In this document: one piece after another, positions 57,460 to 64,000 of the stretch
Position numbering within the stretch: the stretch's first letter is position 1
Layout of the letters: every line of letters begins with the position of its first letter
DNA from: an uncultured Pseudomonadota bacterium
Lineage (GTDB): Bacteria; Bdellovibrionota_B; Oligoflexia; Oligoflexales; CAIMVM01
Direction: 5' to 3'
DNA length: 64,000 bases
NCBI GenBank assembly: GCA_903844895.1
Contig: CAIMVM010000044.1
Span: 347-64,346 of the forward strand
The notes under the pieces: model-generated
Told to the model about the DNA's origin: nothing
What the model saw: only the letters and a program-made list of their open reading frames with translations
Database searches by the model: none
Program-made: the position numbers and the translations under genes

Positions 57460-58452
57460 ATGAAGACAAAATCAAGATTGGCACTTCTTTTGTTTTCCCT
57501 ATCTTTTTCAGGCTGCTATGTGACACGGCAAGCCTTTCGGCAAACCAAACTTTTTTTGGGCCGTGAGCCTCTTGAAGACATAGCCAGCATTAGCCAAGAC
57601 ACAAAGGATTGGATTAGGGATATTCTGAAGGAAGCGAAGAATTTGGGCTTAAATGTGGGCAACTCTTATCGACATGTCGTTTTTCCGAAAGATAATGTTG
57701 TTGCTTGGTCAGTATCCGCCGCACATCCCTTTGAGCTTAAAAGCCATACGTGGTGGTTTCCTATTGTGGGTGATGTACCTTATAAAGGATTCTATGAACG
57801 AGACGAACGTGATGAGGAGGCGCGTGAACTTGAAAAAAAGGGGTTTGATGTGAATCTAAGCCGCGTGGCTGCATTTTCGTCACTAGGTTGGTTTCCAGAC
57901 CCTTTATTTCCAAGCATGCTTGAGCTGCAGCCGTCTGAGTTAGCTCATTTGCTCTTTCATGAACTCACTCATAGAACGTTTTGGATTCCAGGGGGAGTTG
58001 ACCTTAATGAAAATATGGCTGAATTTATTGCCGAAAAAGCAACGTCAGCTTTTTTAAAAAAAAGAGGCGTCGCTCTTGCGCCTTATTTGAAATCTCGCAA
58101 GTCACTAAATCAAACAAGTCAGTGGCTCGTTTCATTAGAACGTGACCTTCGAGATCTATATGTTATAAAAGACATGGCACCTCAAGACATGAAGCTTAAA
58201 AAAGAAGAGATCTTTAGATCTCATTTAAATCTACTGAAAGCTGATCAGTCTCGTTATGTCGCAATAGATCCTAGTAAGTGGAATAATGCTCGTGTTCTTG
58301 CTTCAAAAACTTATTTAGGGCGCCAAATTGAAATCGAGCAAAAGTATGCTTGCTTTGCAAGCTTAGATTCATTTATAGAGTCCATTAAGCAGATCAAGTC
58401 CCTAACAGATTTGAAGGATTGTGCGACTATAGTTTCAAACTCATTATTATGA
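57460..58452 (+). CDS. Putative zinc aminopeptidase lipoprotein
   Basis: Lipobox FSGC; WWFPIVGDVPYKGF, AFSSLGWFPDP, LFHELTH (HExxH), NENMAEF. Confidence 0.85.
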   Translation: MKTKSRLALLLFSLSFSGCYVTRQAFRQTKLFLGREPLEDIASISQDTKDWIRDILKEAKNLGLNVGNSYRHVVFPKDNVVAWSVSAAHPFELKSHTWWFPIVGDVPYKGFYERDERDEEARELEKKGFDVNLSRVAAFSSLGWFPDPLFPSMLELQPSELAHLLFHELTHRTFWIPGGVDLNENMAEFIAEKATSAFLKKRGVALAPYLKSRKSLNQTSQWLVSLERDLRDLYVIKDMAPQDMKLKKEEIFRSHLNLLKADQSRYVAIDPSKWNNARVLASKTYLGRQIEIEQKYACFASLDSFIESIKQIKSLTDLKDCATIVSNSLL

Positions 58453-58489
58453 GAAATCACTTTAGGGGTGAGGTCCGGGAGATGCGTTC

Positions 58490-59161
58490 ATGAAAATCGA
58501 TGAAGTTATTTTTAAGGAAGCTGCCAAGAGTTTGTTCTTGCGATGCTGGGTGCCAGAAACAAATTCGGTAGTGTTAGGCCGAAGCAACGAGGCTGAAAGA
58601 GAGTGCCATTTGGAGCTCTGTGAACAAGAAGGGGTCGAGGTTCTCAAGCGTGCTGGCGGCGGTGGTACAGTGGTTCTTCATTCAGGATGTGTCGTTGTTT
58701 CTATTGGGGCATGGATGCAGCAGCCTTTTAAAAATGATGTCTATTTTAGTTTAATCAACAAAAGTATTTCCACAACCATTCAAAAGCAGTATGGCTCCAT
58801 TGATATCAGGGAGCGCGGCATCAGCGATTTGGCTATTGGAGATAAGAAAATAGCTGGAACAAGTCTTTTTCGATCGAAGGGATATCTGCTTTATCAAGCT
58901 TCGATTTTAGTGGAATCAAGAATTGATCTCATAGAAAGGCTGTTAAAACATCCCAGTAGGGAGCCTGACTATCGCAAAGGTAAAACCCATCGTGATTTTA
59001 TTGCTGGCCTAAATGAGTATGTTATAGGACTTACTCCTGGGGAACTTGAGCTAGTATTATCACAAAACTTAAAACAATCTCTTATAGAGATCCTTTCTGA
59101 CGAATTTGCTGAAGTAGATCAAAATCACTTGACATGGATCTTAAACCGCGGCCATGCCTAG
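58490..59161 (+). CDS. Lipoate-protein ligase/octanoyltransferase family protein (catalytic domain only)
   Basis: VVLGR, KRAGGGGTVV, SDLAIGDKKIAG, PSREPDYR..K.H.DF. Confidence 0.85.
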   Translation: MKIDEVIFKEAAKSLFLRCWVPETNSVVLGRSNEAERECHLELCEQEGVEVLKRAGGGGTVVLHSGCVVVSIGAWMQQPFKNDVYFSLINKSISTTIQKQYGSIDIRERGISDLAIGDKKIAGTSLFRSKGYLLYQASILVESRIDLIERLLKHPSREPDYRKGKTHRDFIAGLNEYVIGLTPGELELVLSQNLKQSLIEILSDEFAEVDQNHLTWILNRGHA

Positions 59162-59973
59162 GTGATGATGGACAGTCTTTTTCTGGCCTTTTGATAAACG
59201 GTCGCCGCTAAGTACAAGGAAAAGGGAAGATAGCAGGAATAAAAAATGGCTCTGATCAACATAGCTATAAATCCAGGCGAGCTCCACACACCACCTAAAT
59301 GTACCGTGTTTTCTGCCCAGTAATTTGTTGTAGTGCTGATCAAATCATAAAATATAGAAATTAAAGCGTGGGGTGTCGCTAAATTGAAAAACAGTCCGAC
59401 ACCTGTCTGAGTCGCATCTTTTAAGTACTTGGTAACCAGAGACCGTCCGAAAGCTGAAAAGGCTCCGAGTGCCTCAGAAACCATGAGAATAGGCGCGACC
59501 GAAGCTAATACTTTAATGGCAAATTGAATCAGAAAGAGAGATTGGGTCAAAAACAATGTTGAAGCAAACAGAGCTGAAAATATCATAGCAGAAGGCAATA
59601 GCCGCATACGCTCTTTCCAGGCGGCAGATTTCTTAAGGGCTAGATGGACGAGAGAAAGGCAAGAGAAGACAAAAACAGGCCAGAGAAGCAGCCCCATCCC
59701 AAAAGACTGGGAGAATAAGGACTCGAGGGATGCGGCAAGGAGTGGCAACACTTGGGTCCGGCCAGAGTCCAAAACTCCAGTAATATCAGACGCTTGTGAA
59801 AGAACCCGCAGGCCGCCTTCTGCCCCCACCAGGTGTATGACTATCTGTGGCAAAAACAGTCCAAAAAAGCTAATATACAAAACAGTTTTGCGGTCTTCCC
59901 ACAAAGAATGCGAGGCATTTTGTGCAAGTGATAGTGAGGTCCATTCTACTGATTTTTGATTCGCTGCATTCAT
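59158..59973 (-). CDS. Hypothetical multi-pass membrane protein
   Basis: About six hydrophobic segments; fills the space between convergent and divergent neighbours. Confidence 0.65.
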   Translation of the reverse strand: MNAANQKSVEWTSLSLAQNASHSLWEDRKTVLYISFFGLFLPQIVIHLVGAEGGLRVLSQASDITGVLDSGRTQVLPLLAASLESLFSQSFGMGLLLWPVFVFSCLSLVHLALKKSAAWKERMRLLPSAMIFSALFASTLFLTQSLFLIQFAIKVLASVAPILMVSEALGAFSAFGRSLVTKYLKDATQTGVGLFFNLATPHALISIFYDLISTTTNYWAENTVHLGGVWSSPGFIAMLIRAIFYSCYLPFSLYLAATVYQKARKRLSIIT

Positions 59974-60000
59974 AATTGAAACCTATATAGAGCCCTAAAA

Positions 60001-60651
60001 TTGAACAAAGACACTTTAAAAGTTATAGAGATTTATCAGAGTATTCAAGGAGAGTCATCTTTAACTGGAGTTCCTTGTACGTTTGTTAGGCTTGCAGGGT
60101 GCCCCCTCCGTTGCAAATGGTGTGACACGGTGTATTCCTTTGAGGGGGGCTCCATCATCACTCTAGCGGAAATTGTGGCGCAGGTGCAAGCCCTGTCCCC
60201 TCGGACTGTAGAGCTAACCGGCGGTGAGCCCTTGGCTCAAACCCAAACCAACCAATTGGCCGAGATGTTCGTGGCTGAGGGCTTTAAAGTCATGATTGAA
60301 ACGAGTGGGTCTGAGCCCATAGAGTTTCTGCCTAAAGAAACCCATATTGTCATGGATGTGAAGTGTCCTGGGAGCGGGATGTCATCTAAAAATAAACTTG
60401 GCAATCTCCAACATTTAAAATCGACAGATGATCTCAAATTTGTCGTAGCTTCTAAAGACGATTTTGATTGGAGCTGCAAGTTTGTTCAGGAGCATCATCT
60501 AGAGGATAAAGTCAACTTATTGGCCTCTCCGGCGTTCGGACATGTTGACCCAAAAGACCTCGTGACTTGGATTTTAAGTGCGCCCGTGACGTTTCGATTA
60601 AATCTTCAAATACATAAGTATATTTGGGGCCCAAGAGTTAAGGGCGTCTGA
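60001..60651 (+). CDS. queE: 7-carboxy-7-deazaguanine synthase (radical SAM)
   Basis: EIYQSIQGE, FVRLAGCPLRCKWCDT, LTGGEP, IETSG, DVKCP, LQIHKYIW. Confidence 0.92.
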   Translation: MNKDTLKVIEIYQSIQGESSLTGVPCTFVRLAGCPLRCKWCDTVYSFEGGSIITLAEIVAQVQALSPRTVELTGGEPLAQTQTNQLAEMFVAEGFKVMIETSGSEPIEFLPKETHIVMDVKCPGSGMSSKNKLGNLQHLKSTDDLKFVVASKDDFDWSCKFVQEHHLEDKVNLLASPAFGHVDPKDLVTWILSAPVTFRLNLQIHKYIWGPRVKGV

Positions 60652-61868
60652 TGGATTCAAGTCGATATTTAGAAAATTTAAAAGCTATAGAATGTCGAGA
60701 TTCTACGCCTTGGTTTGAGCCGGCATTAGTCTACGGCAGCGCCGTAGGATCGAAAGTCTACAGTGTAGAAGGCGCATCCTATATAGATCTGTGTGCCGGA
60801 TTTGGAACGCTTCCCCTTGGCCATAATCATCCGGCATTCAAAAAAACTCTACAAAGTGTTTTGGATCAGAATCTGGTGACTCAGGCCTTGGGTGATTTAT
60901 ATCCTTCAAAGTCTAAAGTAGATTTTATGGAAACTTTAATCGCCTTTCTCCCGTCAAAGTTCACAACAGCAGCCCTCTCCTTATCTGGGGCACAGGCGAT
61001 TGAATTCGCTATGAAGACAGCTATGTACTCCACCTCGAGAGACGAATTCGTGGTTTTTGATTCGGGCTATCATGGCTTAGACTTAGGATCTCTTTCTTTA
61101 ACAAGGGGAGATTTCTTTAGAAAGCCATTTGAAAGCTGGCTTAATTCATCAAAAGTTAAAGTTTTTCCTTACGGTGTGATGAGCCATGAACTTTCCCAGT
61201 GTCTCAAATCAAAAACAGTAGCAGCTGTCGTATGTGAGCCAATTCAAGGGCGTGGGGGTATGCGCGAGGGAAGCGCAGATTGGCTCCGCGAGCTGTATCA
61301 CGAAACAAAACAAAGCGGTTCCTTACTTATATTTGATGAAGTCTTTACCGGAGTTGGCCGAGCAGGGGAAACTGTTTTAGCCGCAAAAGACGAGTGTGAT
61401 ATCCTTTGTGTGGGAAAGGCAATTGGAGGTGGCATGCCGCTCTCTGCTTGCGTATCGTCTCGGGAAATTATGTCTGCTTGGCCTGAAAGTGACGGCGAAG
61501 CGAGGCATACTGGTACATTTTTTGGACATGGACTGTCCACTGCAGTAGGCGAAGCTACGCTTAAAACTGTGATTCAAGAAAATTTAATACATAGATCAGC
61601 CAACCTAGGAAGCGAGATCAAAGACTACTTAAAAGTTCACTTAGGGCAAAAGTCCTCCGTAAAAGAAATTAGAGGTAGAGGCCTCATGCTTGCTATAGAG
61701 GGAACAGAACCTTTTTATGGCGTCAAGCTTATGAATCAGTTGAGGAAGGTAGGTGTGATTGCGATTCCTTGTGGTAGCCAAGGTCGCTCGCTTGCTCTAA
61801 CTCCAGCCCTAAACATCCCGAAAGTTGAACTTTACGAGGCCCTAGATAAAATCATTTCATTAGCATAA
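60651..61868 (+). CDS. Class III PLP-dependent aminotransferase
   Basis: YIDLCAGFG..LGHNHP, SGAQAIE, YHG, EPIQGRGG, FDEVFTGVGRAG, GKAIGGGMP, RGRGLM. Confidence 0.92.
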   Translation: MDSSRYLENLKAIECRDSTPWFEPALVYGSAVGSKVYSVEGASYIDLCAGFGTLPLGHNHPAFKKTLQSVLDQNLVTQALGDLYPSKSKVDFMETLIAFLPSKFTTAALSLSGAQAIEFAMKTAMYSTSRDEFVVFDSGYHGLDLGSLSLTRGDFFRKPFESWLNSSKVKVFPYGVMSHELSQCLKSKTVAAVVCEPIQGRGGMREGSADWLRELYHETKQSGSLLIFDEVFTGVGRAGETVLAAKDECDILCVGKAIGGGMPLSACVSSREIMSAWPESDGEARHTGTFFGHGLSTAVGEATLKTVIQENLIHRSANLGSEIKDYLKVHLGQKSSVKEIRGRGLMLAIEGTEPFYGVKLMNQLRKVGVIAIPCGSQGRSLALTPALNIPKVELYEALDKIISLA

Positions 61869-61880
61869 ACGAGGTTGACA

Positions 61881-64000
61881 GTGGAAAACTTAGACGCAGT
61901 ATATGATCACAAAAAATATGAGTCCAAATGGTGGAATTATTGGATGGATAATCACCTTTTTGAGGCGAAGCCAGACCGAACAAAAAAACCCTACAGTGTC
62001 GTGATTCCCCCGCCCAACGTAACGGATCGTCTCCACATGGGGCACGGCTTAAATGTAACTTTACAAGATATTCTCGTGAGATGGAAAAGAATGCTTGGCT
62101 ATAATGCTTGCTGGGTGCCAGGAACTGATCACGCTGGTATTGCCACTCAAATGATGGTGGAAAAATCATTAGAGTCATCTGGAGTTAAGAGAAAGGACCT
62201 AGGAAGAGAAGCTTTCTTTCAGAAGTGTCTCGAGTGGAAAGATAAAAACGGCAGTATTATTACGACTCAGCAAAAAAGACTTGGCGCTTCTTGTGATTGG
62301 ACAAGAGAGGCTTATACCATGAGCCCAGAGCTGTCTTTAGCGGTTCGGAAGATTTTTGTGCATCTTTTCGAAAAAGGGCTAATCTATCGCGGTGAAAGAT
62401 TGGTTAACTGGGACCCTAAATTGAAGACTGCTATTTCCGATGATGAAATTGAAATGGTTGAAATGCAAAGTCAAATCTATCATTTTCGCTATCCTGTAGA
62501 AGGTGAAGATGCCTATGTGACTGTAGCGACTACACGGCCTGAAACAATGCTTGGAGATGTTGCGGTTGCGGTTCATCCTGATGATGAGAGGTATCAACAT
62601 TTAATCGGAAAAAACGTCGTTGTTCCTTTTGTGCAGCGTAGTATTCCAGTGGTGGCGGATACCTATGTCAAAATGGAATTTGGTACCGGTGTCGTCAAAA
62701 TTACGCCAGCTCATGACCCCAATGATTTTGAGTTGGGAAAAAGACATCAACTTCCGATGATTAACATCCTTAATGAAGACGCAACACTCAGTGATCTTTG
62801 TCCTGAAGGCTTTAAGGGACTAGACCGTTATGATGCTAGAAAAAAGATTATCAAAGAACTTAAAACTCTAGGACTCTTTGAAAAAGAGGAGTCCATAAAA
62901 AATTCAGTGCCCTATAGTGACCGCGGCAAGGTAGCTATAGAACCTCGACTCTCTAAACAATGGTATGTGAAGATGAGCAGCCTTGCAGGGCCTGCTCTAG
63001 ACGCGGCACGTGACGGTCGTCTAAAATTTTATCCTGATTCTTGGAAGAAGACTTATTTCCATTGGCTTGAAAACATCCAAGATTGGTGCATTTCAAGACA
63101 ACTCTGGTGGGGACATCGCATACCCATTTGGTATTGTGAAGATTCAGGCCATGTCACTACCGGCATGGACGACCCCAAAACTTGTGGTCAGTGTGGCAGC
63201 TCTAGATTAAAACAAGATGAAGATGTATTAGATACTTGGTTTTCTTCTTGGCTTTTTGCTCAAAGTACTTTTGGTTGGCCTCAAAAAACGGAAGACCTAG
63301 CTTATTTTTATCCAACTAATGTGTTAATTACCGGCCCAGATATCATTTTCTTATGGGTAGCCAGGATGGTCATGGTTGGCTTCGAAACCCTAGGGGAATT
63401 GCCATTTCATGATGTTTATTTCAATTCAATCATTTGCGATAAAGATGGAAGAAAATTCTCAAAGACGTTAGGAAATGGTATCGATCCCTTAGTGGTCATG
63501 GATCAGTATGGTGCCGATGCGGTCAGATATACTTGTGTGAGCTTATCTTCCATCGGCGGAAGAGTTCGCATGTCGCCTTCAGATTTTGAGGTAGGGCGAA
63601 ACTTTATCAATAAAATTTGGAATGCCGCTCGTTTCTTAATGACTAAAACCAATGGCATTAGATTGAAGCCCCTAAATGAAGTTTCCTTGGAGCTTCCTAG
63701 TAAATGGTTGATTACAGAATTTAAGCACACAGCAGCTGCAGTCAATCGCCACTTAGAAGCCTATCAAATTAATGAAGCCGTGGATAAAGTCTATCAATTG
63801 ATATGGCGGAGTTTTTGTGATTGGGGACTGGAGTCTGCTAAACTGACTCTGGATTCTAATCATGAGGAAGCTCGTGAAGCTTGCGCCAGTGCATTGTTTT
63901 ATGTTTTTGAAGGCGCTCTGCGCCTAGCTGCCCCTATGATTCCTTTTGTTACGGAAGAGATTTGGTCCAAAATTCCTAGACATCCAGATTTTAGGCCTTC
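61881..64000 (+). CDS. valS: Valine--tRNA ligase (truncated by the window end; absent from the ORF track)
   Basis: GTG 61881 after GAGG; translates MENLDAVYD...IPPPNVTDRLHMGH, PGTDHAGIATQ, ATTRPETMLGD, FGTGVVKITPAHD, DWCISRQLWWGH, DVLDTWFSS, KFSKT. Confidence 0.97.
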   Translation, partial: MENLDAVYDHKKYESKWWNYWMDNHLFEAKPDRTKKPYSVVIPPPNVTDRLHMGHGLNVTLQDILVRWKRMLGYNACWVPGTDHAGIATQMMVEKSLESSGVKRKDLGREAFFQKCLEWKDKNGSIITTQQKRLGASCDWTREAYTMSPELSLAVRKIFVHLFEKGLIYRGERLVNWDPKLKTAISDDEIEMVEMQSQIYHFRYPVEGEDAYVTVATTRPETMLGDVAVAVHPDDERYQHLIGKNVVVPFVQRSIPVVADTYVKMEFGTGVVKITPAHDPNDFELGKRHQLPMINILNEDATLSDLCPEGFKGLDRYDARKKIIKELKTLGLFEKEESIKNSVPYSDRGKVAIEPRLSKQWYVKMSSLAGPALDAARDGRLKFYPDSWKKTYFHWLENIQDWCISRQLWWGHRIPIWYCEDSGHVTTGMDDPKTCGQCGSSRLKQDEDVLDTWFSSWLFAQSTFGWPQKTEDLAYFYPTNVLITGPDIIFLWVARMVMVGFETLGELPFHDVYFNSIICDKDGRKFSKTLGNGIDPLVVMDQYGADAVRYTCVSLSSIGGRVRMSPSDFEVGRNFINKIWNAARFLMTKTNGIRLKPLNEVSLELPSKWLITEFKHTAAAVNRHLEAYQINEAVDKVYQLIWRSFCDWGLESAKLTLDSNHEEAREACASALFYVFEGALRLAAPMIPFVTEEIWSKIPRHPDFRP

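Overview
A gene-dense bacterial chromosomal segment made up mostly of housekeeping genes. Gene content and protein styles suggest Bdellovibrionota/Oligoflexia or a related former deltaproteobacterium; this is inference, not a search result. In order it holds: a trimmed dcw cluster (rsmH-ftsL-ftsI-murE-mraY-murD-ftsW-murC-ftsQ-ftsA-ftsZ, lacking mraZ, murF, murG, murB and ddl); a two-LysM lipoprotein; a DAGK-like/AmgK-like/MurU-like operon; rpoH; a UvrD/Rep helicase; a Vpr-like S8 lipoprotease; a small cytochrome c; yajC, a beta-barrel gene and an M16 peptidase; sdhCAB-purF-rph; a small accessory patch (GNAT plus a decayed ISAs1 transposase); secA with M23, PP2C and MAPEG genes; an ExbB/ExbD/ExbD/GltG(TonB)-like module coupled to RNase J and lying next to an FHA-GAF-HD-GYP gene; fadIJ; PilZ; glpD; an aminopeptidase; a lipoate ligase; queE; a class III aminotransferase; and valS, which runs off the window end and is absent from the ORF track. 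The best candidate for an undescribed system is the AglRQS/GltG-like module. All four subunits appear to have lost canonical proton-coupling residues, while a new Asp appears in the ExbB-like TM2. Also notable is a perfect-consensus internal ftsZ promoter whose -35 box lies inside a 30-bp palindrome. No rRNA, tRNA or CRISPR array was recognised. All family calls come from motif recognition by eye.
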